A stretch of DNA of 64,000 bases from positions 1,408,001 through 1,472,000 of the forward strand of contig CAXXVZ010000003.1 in the NCBI GenBank assembly GCA_963678065.2, in the 5' to 3' direction. Made by a program: the position numbers and the translations under genes. Position 1 is the first letter of the stretch; every line of letters starts with the position of its first letter. The DNA is from Treponemataceae bacterium. Its GTDB lineage: Bacteria; Spirochaetota; Spirochaetia; Treponematales; Rectinemataceae. The notes beneath the pieces were generated by a model. That model made no database searches. It saw only the letters and a program-made list of their open reading frames with translations, and was not told the DNA's origin. This document shows, in pieces, positions 17,711 to 27,577 of the stretch.

Positions 17711-18904
17711 TTACCCTGCCGACCCGGCCTTTTCCAGACCTTTGAAGTAATAAATCGAATCGTCCTTCGCCCTGATGTCGGTGAGAGTACCTGAATAGTG
17801 GCGGAGATTCCGGGGCGCGTAGGGCCTCTGCGCTATCTCCTTCTCGTCGAGTTCGATGCCGAATCCGGGTTTGTCCGGGATCATGATGCATCCGTCTTTA
17901 TACACTACTTCCTCGTTGGATACTTTCTGCCTGAAGGAACCGTCGGTGAGCATGATCTCGTGGATGAGGAAGTTCGGGACACAGGCCGCGAGTTGGAGGA
18001 TGGCCATGTTGGATACGGGGCCGCTCGGATTGTGGAAGGAAACCGGGATGTGGCAGGCTTCGGCCATCGCTGCGATCTTCTTCGCCTCCATGATGCCGCC
18101 GGCGTGGAAAACGTCGGGCTGGGCGATATCGATGGCCTTTTTGGAGAGCGCTTCCCAGAAACCGTATTTCGTGAGTATCCGTTCCCCCGCCGCGATGGGC
18201 ACACAGGACTTGTCGCGCACCATCGCGAGGGCGTCCATATTGTCCGGGGGAACGGGCTCCTCCATGAACATGGGCTTGAACTGCGCGAGTTCGCGCGAGA
18301 TCAGGATGGCCGTGGAGGGGTTGAAGCGCCCGTGACATTCGATGAGGAGGTCGACATGGGGGCCGACGGCGTCCCGTACCGCGCCGACGCAGTTCACGGC
18401 TTTCTCCATCTCGCGCGTGGATACGGTCATGTAGGCGGAGCCGAAGGGATCCCACTTCAGCGCGTCGATGCCGAGGGCCGCGGTCGCCACTGCCCTGGCC
18501 GCGAAATCGGCCGGTTCCCTCCCGCCCACGAACCAGGCGTTGGCGTACATCCTGACCCTGTCGCGTATCTTGCCGCCGAGGAGGTTGTAGACGGGAGTGT
18601 TGAAATATTTTCCCGCGATGTCCCACATGGCCATCTCGATCCCGCTCAGGGCGGACAGAAAAATTTCGCCACTCTTCCAGTAGGAATCCCGGTAGACCTC
18701 GAACCACATTTTCTCGGTGTCCAGCGGACTCCGGCCGATGACGAGGCGCTTCAGATCCTCGACGCAGCCTGCGAGCGAGAGCTCCCTCGTTCCGAGCGAA
18801 GCCTCGCCCCAGCCATGGAGGCCCTCGTCGGTCTCGACTTTGATGAAGGTCCAGTTGGTCCTGTAAGCGTCCATGGTGAATGATTTGACATCGGTTATGC
18901 GCAT
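17711..18904 (-). CDS. dgoD: Galactonate dehydratase-like enolase-superfamily acid-sugar dehydratase
   Basis: GWGEA, KWDPFG, IECHGRF, MEEP, AAGER, QPD..HAGG, HNPSGP. Confidence 0.75.
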   Translation of the reverse strand: MRITDVKSFTMDAYRTNWTFIKVETDEGLHGWGEASLGTRELSLAGCVEDLKRLVIGRSPLDTEKMWFEVYRDSYWKSGEIFLSALSGIEMAMWDIAGKYFNTPVYNLLGGKIRDRVRMYANAWFVGGREPADFAARAVATAALGIDALKWDPFGSAYMTVSTREMEKAVNCVGAVRDAVGPHVDLLIECHGRFNPSTAILISRELAQFKPMFMEEPVPPDNMDALAMVRDKSCVPIAAGERILTKYGFWEALSKKAIDIAQPDVFHAGGIMEAKKIAAMAEACHIPVSFHNPSGPVSNMAILQLAACVPNFLIHEIMLTDGSFRQKVSNEEVVYKDGCIMIPDKPGFGIELDEKEIAQRPYAPRNLRHYSGTLTDIRAKDDSIYYFKGLEKAGSAG

Positions 18905-18909
18905 TGTCC

Positions 18910-19614
18910 TCACGCTCCTTTTATGGAAGATCGACGCAGGGCTTCGACGTGGAGACGCGCGAGTCCGGCGATCGCTGCAAAATCGCGCCTCAGGACCAGT
19001 TCGGGCTTCAGTACGGTGATGCCGGTCGCGACTGCCGTGATCCCCGCGGCCAGAAATTCCGGGATGGTATCGGGATTCACGCCACCCGTGGCCATGAGGG
19101 GTATGTGGGACAGGGGAGAGCGAATGTTCCTGATGTAGTGGTAGCCCAGGTCGTCTGCCGGGAAAAGCTTCACGATGTCAGCTCCGCAGTCCCAGGCATG
19201 GACGATCTCGGTGGGTGTCATCGCGCCCGGTATGGAGATCATGCCGAGGCGTTTGGTTTCTTCTATTACAGAGGCTTTGGTGTTAGGGGAGATTATGTAT
19301 CCGGCGCCGGCATCCCGAGCAGCCCTCACCTCGTCGAGGTCGAGCACTGTCCCCGCGCCGATCCTCATGCGTGTTCCCATGCGGGCACATATCGACGAGA
19401 TGGCTTTTTTCGTGCGCTCGATCCTGTCCTGTCTGTCCTGGGCGAAGGTCACCTCGAGGAGCAGCACGCCGCCCTCGAAGAGGGCTTCGGCTATCGTCGC
19501 CATGTCCGCAGGTTCTATATTCCGGGCGATGACGACAAAGCGCTCGCGCCGGATGGCTTCCATCGTCGCGTCCCTCGTCGAGCTGGCCGACATACCGGCA
19601 ATCGTTCCGCTCAT
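18910..19614 (-). CDS. eda: KDPG/KHG-type aldolase
   Basis: LEVTF, IGAGTV, PGAMTPTE, VKLFPA (Schiff-base Lys), ATGGV; ATG overlaps SDR stop. Confidence 0.85.
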   Translation of the reverse strand: MSGTIAGMSASSTRDATMEAIRRERFVVIARNIEPADMATIAEALFEGGVLLLEVTFAQDRQDRIERTKKAISSICARMGTRMRIGAGTVLDLDEVRAARDAGAGYIISPNTKASVIEETKRLGMISIPGAMTPTEIVHAWDCGADIVKLFPADDLGYHYIRNIRSPLSHIPLMATGGVNPDTIPEFLAAGITAVATGITVLKPELVLRRDFAAIAGLARLHVEALRRSSIKGA

Positions 19615-20399
19615 GCGTCCCACTCCTTGTTGTAAGGCAGGAGGCAGATCCCCACGCCCGAGTCGACAGTCAGATCGATGCCTGTCACGGTGCTGGACTG
19701 ATCCGAGGCCAGGAAATACACGGCGTTCGCCACGTCCTCGGGGCTGGATTCCCTGCCGACGGGGTATTGGGCGCGGCGCTTCACGGCTGCCTCCTCGGTC
19801 ATCGCCTCCCAGCGTTCCGACCAGATCGCGCCGGGCACCACGCAGTTCACCCTGACGCCGAACTTTGCCAGTTCGTAGGCCATGCACCTCGTCATCGACA
19901 TGATCCCACCCTTCGCAGCCGAGTACACGATCCGGTTGGGGATCGCGCCTTTGTACTGGACAGAGCCGATGAGGACGATGGCGCCCCGCTTCTGTTCCAC
20001 CATGATCTTCGCGGCCTCCTGGCAGCAGAAGAAGTACCCGCGCAGATTCGCGTGGATGACTTCGTCGAATTCTTCCGGAGTGGTATTGAGAATGTTCTGG
20101 CCGACTCCGAGATGGGCCGCGTTGGGGACAAAGACATCCAGGCGGCCGAAGCGCTCCCGGATTTCTGCGAAGACACGCCGTATGTCGCCCACGTCGGAGG
20201 GTTGAAGCGAATATCCTTCCGCCCTGATTTCCGGGAATTCAGCGGCGATCTTGTGCGCTGCCTCGCTGGCGGCCCCGGGATCCCTGCCGCTCACGCAGAC
20301 ATCGAAGCCCTCGCTGGCGAAGCGTCGGGCTATCGCGAAGCCCAGGTTCCTGGTGGCGCCGGTTATGAATGCCGATTTGCGTTGCAGGGTTTCGTCCAT
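19611..20399 (-). CDS. SDR family oxidoreductase
   Basis: TGATRNLG, PNAA, YSAAK catalytic motif, VNCVVPG; GAGGAGG RBS. Confidence 0.9.
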   Translation of the reverse strand: MDETLQRKSAFITGATRNLGFAIARRFASEGFDVCVSGRDPGAASEAAHKIAAEFPEIRAEGYSLQPSDVGDIRRVFAEIRERFGRLDVFVPNAAHLGVGQNILNTTPEEFDEVIHANLRGYFFCCQEAAKIMVEQKRGAIVLIGSVQYKGAIPNRIVYSAAKGGIMSMTRCMAYELAKFGVRVNCVVPGAIWSERWEAMTEEAAVKRRAQYPVGRESSPEDVANAVYFLASDQSSTVTGIDLTVDSGVGICLLPYNKEWDA

Positions 20400-20429
20400 G
20401 CTTGCCCATCCTCCTCGTCGTCCATTCGC

Positions 20430-20457
20430 AGTATAGGGCATCCCCCGCGCTTGGCAA
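20430..20457 (-). promoter_or_regulatory. Putative sigma70 promoter of the SDR-eda-dgoD operon
   Basis: TTGCCA-16 bp-TATACT on the minus strand. Confidence 0.5.
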
Positions 20458-20567
20458 TCGACGAAGAATCAAATGACAAAACGGGTTAATAAAATCGCAA
20501 GGCCCGTACATATTTTTCTCCGGGAAGCGGGCTTATGCTGGGATCATTCTATTGGAGGAGGCTGATC

Positions 20568-21842
20568 ATGGCCAAACGAAGAGCGACTCTCGTCATCGCG
20601 TCTGTGATGATCCTGGCATTCACCGTGCCGGTTTCATCGCAAACAGCCGCGAAAAACATCAGGATCAAGGTCCTGAACTATATCGGGAACGAGGTGCAGG
20701 TGACGGCCTGGAAAAACATTCTGGCCAAGTACACCGAACGCAATCCCGCAGTGACCTTCGACTCGCAGAGCATGAGCCAGACGGAATATATCACCCAGCT
20801 CAGAACCCGCATCGCGTCGGGAGATGCTCCGGACATCATGATGGGGCAGCCTTCTCAGTATCCGGACATCATCGATTCCGGCTATGTCATGGACATCTCG
20901 AACAGCGCCACCCTCGCAAAGCTCAAGCTCTCCAAGGGCGACCTCGGAGACTGCTCGTTCAAGGGAAAGGCCTACGCTTTCCCGATCGACTTCAAGGTCT
21001 CGGGCGTTTTTTACAATAAGGACATTTTCGCCAAATACAGCCTCTCTGTGCCCAAATCCACCAAAGAACTGACGCAGATCTGCGAAATCCTCAAGAAGAA
21101 CGGCGTCGATCCCTGGGTACGCGGCTACGCTTACAACATCTACCCCGACATCGAAGTGCGCTCGATTTTCTGGCCCATGCTCCAGGACAACGGCAAGTAC
21201 GACGCCTTCGAGAAGCTTATGACCGGCAAGGCGAAGTTCTCCGACTACCCCGAGTTCGCGATGGCGATGAAACAGTGGACTGACCGGATGGCGTACAAAC
21301 GGATCGACGATATGTCCAACGAGTACATCAAGGCTCGTCAGATCTTTGTACGCGGCGAAGCGGCGATGCTCTACGAGGGCAGCTGGGCGGTAGGTCAGCT
21401 CTATCAGTTCAATCCCAAAATCAACATGGACATGTTCCCAATGCCCCGGGACGACGGAAAGCCCAACGATTATCCCTATCAGATAGACAAACTCTTCATG
21501 GTCAACGGCAAGAGCAAAAACGTAGCCGAAGTGTTGAAATTCATGGATTTCCTCCTGTCTCCGGAGATCAGCGCCTACTGGGCCGCTGTCACCCTCCAGC
21601 CTTCTGTCGTGCCCGGAGCCATCCAGAAGGAAATACCCGACGTCATCAGGGAAGCGATGAGGGCCAAGGAAGCGAACCAGATCGCGCACGCCGGACTGTG
21701 GACAGCCCAGCTCTACGGCGAGTTCAACAACACCTGGAGGGCACAGCTCCAGGGATACGCCGCCGAGAAGAAATTCGACATTCCGAAGTTCACCGAGAAA
21801 CTCCAGGCCGCCTTCGACGAGATCATCAAGAGCCTGAAGTGA
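20568..21842 (+). CDS. CUT1 sugar ABC transporter solute-binding protein
   Basis: Signal peptide; SGDAPDI, YAFP, FYNKDIF, F..GEAAM..GSW. Confidence 0.9.
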   Translation: MAKRRATLVIASVMILAFTVPVSSQTAAKNIRIKVLNYIGNEVQVTAWKNILAKYTERNPAVTFDSQSMSQTEYITQLRTRIASGDAPDIMMGQPSQYPDIIDSGYVMDISNSATLAKLKLSKGDLGDCSFKGKAYAFPIDFKVSGVFYNKDIFAKYSLSVPKSTKELTQICEILKKNGVDPWVRGYAYNIYPDIEVRSIFWPMLQDNGKYDAFEKLMTGKAKFSDYPEFAMAMKQWTDRMAYKRIDDMSNEYIKARQIFVRGEAAMLYEGSWAVGQLYQFNPKINMDMFPMPRDDGKPNDYPYQIDKLFMVNGKSKNVAEVLKFMDFLLSPEISAYWAAVTLQPSVVPGAIQKEIPDVIREAMRAKEANQIAHAGLWTAQLYGEFNNTWRAQLQGYAAEKKFDIPKFTEKLQAAFDEIIKSLK

Positions 21843-21848
21843 AAAAAG

Positions 21849-21877
21849 GGCCGGTTCTTGTCGTCCAGAACCGGTTC
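21849..21877 (+). terminator. Stem-loop after SBP gene (stabiliser or attenuating terminator)
   Basis: CCGGTTCT...AGAACCGG inverted repeat. Confidence 0.45.
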
Positions 21878-21921
21878 TTGTCAGCCGGATGGGCCAGACG
21901 GGCAGGAATAAAGGAATTGCT

Positions 21922-22788
21922 ATGACCACTACCATGAAGGGCAGGATCAGGAAGGGAATCTGGATCCCCGTATTTCTTTTTCCTGCAATGCTGCTCTTCC
22001 TCGCCTGCGTGATCCTTCCCCTGTTTCAGGGAATCCCCTACTCCCTCATGGACTGGAACGGCGTGAGCCCCACCCACCGCTATGTCGGATTGAAAAACTA
22101 CGTGAAGCTGCTCTCCGCCACCGAGCTCTGGAGAGATGTCGCGACCACCTTCCGCTACACCTTCGCCTACATGATAGCTGCCAACGTCCTCGGACTGGCC
22201 ACAGCCCTCCTCTTGCGGAAGGGGTCGCGACTGAACAACCTCTGCCGCACCCTCATCTTCATGCCCTACGTGATCAGCATGATAACGGCGGCCTTCGTGT
22301 GGAAATCCATCTTCAACGAAATCTATTCGCCGCTTTTCCTTGTTCCCAGCCCCCTCGGCGTGCCGGACCAGGCCCTCATGGGCATCGTGGCCATCTCCGT
22401 GTGGAGGGTGTCAGGCTATTGCATGCTCATCTACATCGCCGCGCTGCAGAGCATCCCGGTCGAGTATTACGAGGCTGCCAAGGTTGAGGGCGCTTCCGGA
22501 CTCGCGCAGTTCCTTCACATCACGGCGCCGATGATCGTCCCGGCCTTTTCGACGAATGTTACCCTGCTCCTCGCCTGGGGTTTCAAGGTGTTCGACACGG
22601 TGATGGCGGCGACGGGAGGAGGTCCCGGCAAGGCCACGGAGACCATGTCGATGTACGTGTACAACAACATCTTCGGCTACATGAAGGCGGGATACGGCCA
22701 GGCGGCAGCCATCATGATGACGGTCATCCTCCTTGTCATCTCCATTTTCGTATCCCGATTCTTCAGAACCAGAGTGGTGGAAGCATGA
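21922..22788 (+). CDS. CUT1 ABC permease
   Basis: Multiple TM segments; YYEAAKVEGAS EAA loop; TGGGPG. Confidence 0.9.
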   Translation: MTTTMKGRIRKGIWIPVFLFPAMLLFLACVILPLFQGIPYSLMDWNGVSPTHRYVGLKNYVKLLSATELWRDVATTFRYTFAYMIAANVLGLATALLLRKGSRLNNLCRTLIFMPYVISMITAAFVWKSIFNEIYSPLFLVPSPLGVPDQALMGIVAISVWRVSGYCMLIYIAALQSIPVEYYEAAKVEGASGLAQFLHITAPMIVPAFSTNVTLLLAWGFKVFDTVMAATGGGPGKATETMSMYVYNNIFGYMKAGYGQAAAIMMTVILLVISIFVSRFFRTRVVEA

Positions 22789-23636
22789 CAAAGAGCATCG
22801 CAACACAGGCAAAAAAGAACCTGCCCGCCATCCTTAAATGTGCCGCGATTGTCGCGGTGACCGTCTGTTTCGTCTTTCCCTTCTATATCAGTCTGGTCTA
22901 TTCCATGAAAACGCCGAGTGATATCGGGAAGAGCTCGCTGGCCCTGCCGACGAAACTGTACTTCGGCAACTATCTGAACGTCATACAGCGGAATGACGCC
23001 TTCCTCACCGGGATGCTGAACTCAATCCTCACGACGGTGCCGATAGTGCTCATGCTCACAATATTCTGCTCTATGGCTGCCTACGTCCTTGCGCGCTGTA
23101 AGGGAAGGGCCTTCAACGCGATCTACTACCTCTTCCTCCTGGGCATTCTCATTCCCTTCCAGTGCATCATGTTTCCCACCTACGTCAATCTGCGCTCGAT
23201 CGGACTCATGAATACGCTTCCGGGCTACATCCTTGTGAGGACGGGCTTCCAGATCGGTATATGCCTCCTCATGATCACCGACTATGTGAAGACAGTCCCG
23301 CGCGAGCTGGAAGACGCCGCGCGCATCGACGGCGCAGACAACTTCCAGACTTTCTGGAAAATCGTATTCCCACTCATGAAGCCGATCAACGTGACAGTGA
23401 TGGTTATCAACGCGGTCTTCGCCTGGAACGATTTCTACGTTTCGGTGACGATACTCCAGTCCACCGAGAAGAGAACCCTGCCCCTGGCCCAGTTCATCTA
23501 CATAAGCGAGGCTGGCGTCGACATCAACACGGCCTTCGCCTTCTTCACGCTCTGCATGATCCCGATCCTGATCATTTACCTGGTTGCGCAGAAATACATC
23601 GTGAACGGCATCATGTCGGGAGCTGTCAAGGGTTGA
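22785..23636 (+). CDS. CUT1 ABC permease
   Basis: ELEDAARIDGA, WNDF, GAVKG C-terminus. Confidence 0.9.
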   Translation: MTKSIATQAKKNLPAILKCAAIVAVTVCFVFPFYISLVYSMKTPSDIGKSSLALPTKLYFGNYLNVIQRNDAFLTGMLNSILTTVPIVLMLTIFCSMAAYVLARCKGRAFNAIYYLFLLGILIPFQCIMFPTYVNLRSIGLMNTLPGYILVRTGFQIGICLLMITDYVKTVPRELEDAARIDGADNFQTFWKIVFPLMKPINVTVMVINAVFAWNDFYVSVTILQSTEKRTLPLAQFIYISEAGVDINTAFAFFTLCMIPILIIYLVAQKYIVNGIMSGAVKG

Positions 23637-23689
23637 ATCGCGATTCCCGCCGAATTCGCTACAAAATCATCGATATCGGAGAATCGTCC

Positions 23690-23720
23690 TTGACTCTCCT
23701 CTTGGGGGAGACCGCAACCT
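23690..23720 (+). promoter_or_regulatory. MerR-type promoter/operator with 19-bp spacer
   Basis: TTGACT-19 bp-CAACCT; dyad TCTCC-N7-GGAGA over the spacer; MerR gene at the end of the same operon. Confidence 0.65.
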
Positions 23721-23742
23721 TCGTATCCACCAGGAGGTTCCT

Positions 23743-24477
23743 ATGGACGAAGCAGTACGGATACGCGGCCTTCGCAAGGTCTACGGCGATCTTGTCGCGG
23801 TGGACGACCTCGACCTCTCGATCCCGAAGGGCGAGATTTTCGGGCTTCTCGGCCCGAACGGGGCAGGAAAATCCACCACAATCGAGTGCGCGCTCGGAAC
23901 GAAAAAACGCGACTCGGGCAGCGTCGCGATTCTCGGCCTCGATCCCGAGAAGAATCGCAAAGAGCTCTTCGAGCGGGTGGGCGTCCAGTTTCAGGAGTCG
24001 GCTTACCAGGAAAAAATCAAGGTCGCCGAGCTCTGCGAACTCACAGCCTCCCTCTACAGACGGCCCGCCGATCCTCGCGCCCTCCTCGACCGGTTCGGGC
24101 TTGGAGCCAAGCACGGCGCGGCGGTGACCGAGCTCTCGGGCGGCGAACGGCAGAAGCTCTCGATCGCCCTCGCCCTCATCCCCGATCCCGAACTCATCTT
24201 TCTCGACGAACTCACCACGGGGCTGGATCCCAAGGCCAGGCGCTCGACCTGGGCCGCGATACAAGGACTCAAAGCCGCGGGAGTGACCGTCTTTCTGACC
24301 TCGCACTACATGGAGGAGGTGGAGTACCTGTGCGACCGCATCGCCATCCTCAAAAACGGAAAGATCGCCATCCAGGGGACGCCCGCCGAGCTTGTCGCGC
24401 TCAACAAGACCAAGAACCTCGAAGAGGCCTTTCTCCTTTACATGGAGAAGGACGAGGAAACGGAGGAAATGCGATGA
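23743..24477 (+). CDS. ABC-2 exporter ATP-binding protein
   Basis: GPNGAGKST, LSGGE, LDELTTGLD, SHYMEE. Confidence 0.92.
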   Translation: MDEAVRIRGLRKVYGDLVAVDDLDLSIPKGEIFGLLGPNGAGKSTTIECALGTKKRDSGSVAILGLDPEKNRKELFERVGVQFQESAYQEKIKVAELCELTASLYRRPADPRALLDRFGLGAKHGAAVTELSGGERQKLSIALALIPDPELIFLDELTTGLDPKARRSTWAAIQGLKAAGVTVFLTSHYMEEVEYLCDRIAILKNGKIAIQGTPAELVALNKTKNLEEAFLLYMEKDEETEEMR

Positions 24478-25190
24478 AAAGGTTCCTGATGTTCTTCAAG
24501 ACCGAGTTGAGACTTACGGCCCGCAGTCTCGACATGCTCGTGTTCGGCATCGGCTTTCCGGTGGGGCTCATGATCCTCCTCGGCTTCATCTCGGGTCCCG
24601 AGGCGCTCAGACTCGATTTCGGCGGCATCGTCTCGGTGGGCATCTGCGCTACCGGCCTCATGGGCCTTCCCCTCACGATTTCTGATTATCGCCACCGGAA
24701 GATCCTGAAGCGCCTGCGGGTGACGCCCGCGAGCCCCGCCATGCTCCTTGGCGCGCACACCCTCGTCCAGTTCCTGTTCTCTCTTGTCTCGTCGACTCTG
24801 GTCTTCCTCATCGCGCGCCTGGGCTTCGGCGTCGAGATCGCAGGCTCGCTCCCGCGCTTCGCCCTTTCGTATCTCTTCGTGACGGTCGCGATCTACGGGA
24901 TCGGATTTCTCGTCGCAAGCCTGTGTCCGAGCATGAAGGTCGCAAACGCGGTCGCCTCGCTTCTGTACTTCCCCATGCTCTTCCTCTCCGGCGCGACGAT
25001 ACCCTTCGAGATCCTGCCGCGCGGGCTCAGGGCCGCGGCCAACGTCTTCCCGCTCACGCAGGGCATAAAAATCCTCAAAGGGGCGGTGCTGGGCTCGCCG
25101 GTCGGCGACCTCGCACTGCCCGCCATCATCCTTTCCTGTGTAGCTATCGCGTCGTATAGTATTTCGATCAAATTCTTCCGCTGGGAATGA
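24474..25190 (+). CDS. ABC-2 exporter permease
   Basis: ATG overlaps ATPase stop; six TM segments; ILKRLRVTP, FLSG..IP, FFRWE end. Confidence 0.88.
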   Translation: MKRFLMFFKTELRLTARSLDMLVFGIGFPVGLMILLGFISGPEALRLDFGGIVSVGICATGLMGLPLTISDYRHRKILKRLRVTPASPAMLLGAHTLVQFLFSLVSSTLVFLIARLGFGVEIAGSLPRFALSYLFVTVAIYGIGFLVASLCPSMKVANAVASLLYFPMLFLSGATIPFEILPRGLRAAANVFPLTQGIKILKGAVLGSPVGDLALPAIILSCVAIASYSISIKFFRWE

Positions 25191-25220
25191 CGCAGGGAAT
25201 GACAGAATTCGGGAGGGCCC

Positions 25221-26039
25221 ATGTACCGCATCGGACAGTTTTCTAAAATCGGCAAGGTTACGGTGAAGGCTCTCCGCTTCTACGAGGAGGAGGGCCTCCT
25301 CGAGCCGCATTATATCGACGCATTGAGCGGCTACCGCTATTACGACTCGGGTCAGCTCCCGCGCATCCACAAGATCGTGGCCCTCAGGCAGTGCGGCTTC
25401 TCCATCCCCGAAATCCGGAAAATCATACACGACAGGAACATCCCGGCGCTGTTCGCTCAGCGCAAGCGGGAGCTGGAAATCGCCAGTCGCGAGACGGCCC
25501 TTCAGCTCTCGTCCATCAACTCCTACATCGAATCGCTTGAGGAGAGCGGCGCCATGAACTATCAGATCGTACTGAAGGATCTTCCGCGGGTCCTCGTCTT
25601 CAGCAAGCGCATGATCGTCAAGGGTTACGACAGCTATTTCTACGAGATACCCAGGATCGGCGAGGAAATCCTCGCGGCCAATCCCGGCCTGCGCTGCCTC
25701 GACGACCCGCCCTACTGCTTCATCGTGTACCTCGACGGCGAGTACAAAGAGGGAGATATCGACATCGAGTTCTGCGAGGCCGTCTACGAGGCGGGCATCG
25801 AGACCGAAACGATCAAATTCAAGACCATCCCCGCCGTCCCGACGGCCGCCTGCGTCCTCCACAAAGGCCCCTACTCCGAGCTCCGGCCCGCCTACGCCGC
25901 CGTCTTCAAGTGGATCGACGACAACGGCTACATTCCCACCGACAACCCGCGCGAGTCCTACATCGACGGAATCTGGAACAGAGAAGACCCCTCCGAGTGG
26001 CTCACCGAGGTCCAGGTGCCGATCAGAAGGCCGGGTTGA
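25221..26039 (+). CDS. MerR-family regulator with GyrI-like effector domain (BmrR-like)
   Basis: YRIGQFSK..VTVKALRFYEEEGLL.P, GYRYY; C-terminal HKGPY..RESYIDG..TEVQVP. Confidence 0.9.
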   Translation: MYRIGQFSKIGKVTVKALRFYEEEGLLEPHYIDALSGYRYYDSGQLPRIHKIVALRQCGFSIPEIRKIIHDRNIPALFAQRKRELEIASRETALQLSSINSYIESLEESGAMNYQIVLKDLPRVLVFSKRMIVKGYDSYFYEIPRIGEEILAANPGLRCLDDPPYCFIVYLDGEYKEGDIDIEFCEAVYEAGIETETIKFKTIPAVPTAACVLHKGPYSELRPAYAAVFKWIDDNGYIPTDNPRESYIDGIWNREDPSEWLTEVQVPIRRPG

Positions 26040-26045
26040 GCGGAT

Positions 26046-27011
26046 TCAAGGTCGCGCTCGGACGGCGGTCAATCCCCTGACCTGATCCAGCAATCGCGCA
26101 ACTTCGTGTTCTGCGGAAGCTTGAAAAATATACTCAAGACGGACAGCTTCCGGCAGGTGGACGGACAATACCAGCACGTCGCCATCCTTCCTTCCCAGAG
26201 ACAGATCCACGATTTTGTTCAAGGGGATATAGTCGGATATACCACCATACTTAGTGTCTCCGCTCTGCTTTTCATCTTCACTGATCATGATCAGCTCCCG
26301 ATCGGTGAGGATGCTCGCGTGGGTGGGGGAGATAGCTCTGTAGTATGTCTTGCCAAGAACGGTGAGCAGATTTACTCGGATTTCAGGCTGCAAAATGGCG
26401 TGGAGGACCGTTTCTTCTCCCAGCAAGCTGCGCCTCGCATAGTTCATGAACTTGTAGTTCAACGTGATCCAATGGTCGAACTTCGCCAGCTCCGAACTCC
26501 GGACGGCGCCCCTGAAATCCCCTGAGGCGAACCGTATCTTTTCCAGAATGGGCACAAATAGATAGTCCGTCACTGAATTGAACTTGATGGTAGAGGAAGC
26601 GGAAACGCCGTTTCGTGTCACGCCAGTTATTTTGATGCGGGAGTCCAAAAGGACGGTTCTGACTTGAACGAAACTGATCCCCTCCAGAGGATAGCATTGT
26701 GCCTCACATGTATTTCCCTTTCGTTCCAAAACGTGGATTTCGCGGCCCACATCGCAGACGAGTTTTTCGGTTGTCCTTCGGATGAACCCTTCGTAGGAAG
26801 GGGTGAGAAGCGCATAGGGAAGATCCCGTCCTTCCGCGCGCAGGGGCCCGAAGAAGGCGCTGTAAACATCGGGGACGGCGTCGTACGACTCAAGGGATCT
26901 GGCCCACGACAATTGTGTCTGTTCGGCCGCGCCCAGCGGTGACAGTCCGGCGATTGTCGGATCAAGTATTCGTCTCCACATCGCCCGCGGCATTTTTTTC
27001 GCAGCCTCCAT
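26046..27011 (-). CDS. Hypothetical protein, possibly tandem bacterial PH-like domains
   Basis: 321-aa ORF with protein-like composition filling the gap; LTDRELI...YIPLNKI pattern. Confidence 0.6.
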   Translation of the reverse strand: MEAAKKMPRAMWRRILDPTIAGLSPLGAAEQTQLSWARSLESYDAVPDVYSAFFGPLRAEGRDLPYALLTPSYEGFIRRTTEKLVCDVGREIHVLERKGNTCEAQCYPLEGISFVQVRTVLLDSRIKITGVTRNGVSASSTIKFNSVTDYLFVPILEKIRFASGDFRGAVRSSELAKFDHWITLNYKFMNYARRSLLGEETVLHAILQPEIRVNLLTVLGKTYYRAISPTHASILTDRELIMISEDEKQSGDTKYGGISDYIPLNKIVDLSLGRKDGDVLVLSVHLPEAVRLEYIFQASAEHEVARLLDQVRGLTAVRARP

Positions 27012-27319
27012 TCATGCAGTTATACAATCCTGATATCACCGTCGGAATCGAAACGCAAGAGGCGGGGACGCTTGATCCATCCACTAGAAGAGTGAACGCG
27101 GTCATCGAAAAGCAGACACTGCCTCCGTATTTACTAAATTTTTATAATATTTTTTCTGCACTGTTCAATTCATTTTAGTAAACCAGCACCATGCCAATCT
27201 GTATGGTTCCGTCGGACAACATCGAAAAAACACAGAATTTCAAGACAGATAAAAAGACGCTTAATATGTAATGCTAAATAGAAATAACAAGTTTGTCTCT
27301 GTCTGAAAGAAAAAAATGC

Positions 27320-27347
27320 TTGACAGGGTTGGAAACAGTGGTATAGT
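27320..27347 (+). promoter_or_regulatory. Sigma70 promoter of the ABC-ilvD operon
   Basis: TTGACA-16 bp-TATAGT with extended -10 TG and an A-rich upstream region. Confidence 0.7.
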
Positions 27348-27371
27348 TGAACAAGCGTGACTGAAAATCCA

Positions 27372-27384
27372 ACTTAATTTTAGT
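27372..27384. promoter_or_regulatory. Candidate operator ACTTAATTTTAG(T)
   Basis: Identical 12-mer at 35408-35419 beside the LacI-gene promoter; quasi-palindromic; just downstream of the 27320 promoter. Confidence 0.45.
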
Positions 27385-27577
27385 AAAATTTTTTAATGTG
27401 AAGTAGTTGGATAAAATTCACAACTGGCGTTGCCGGATGTGAGGGCCACTACTCGATGGATGGGCCGATGGATGTGCGGGGAACAGGAGTTTCGGCAGCG
27501 CGGCTTTTATAGTGCCCCAGCCAACCGCAGTGGTGCTTGTCAGTCAGTCATATCACGAAACTACAGGAGTGAAAGGC

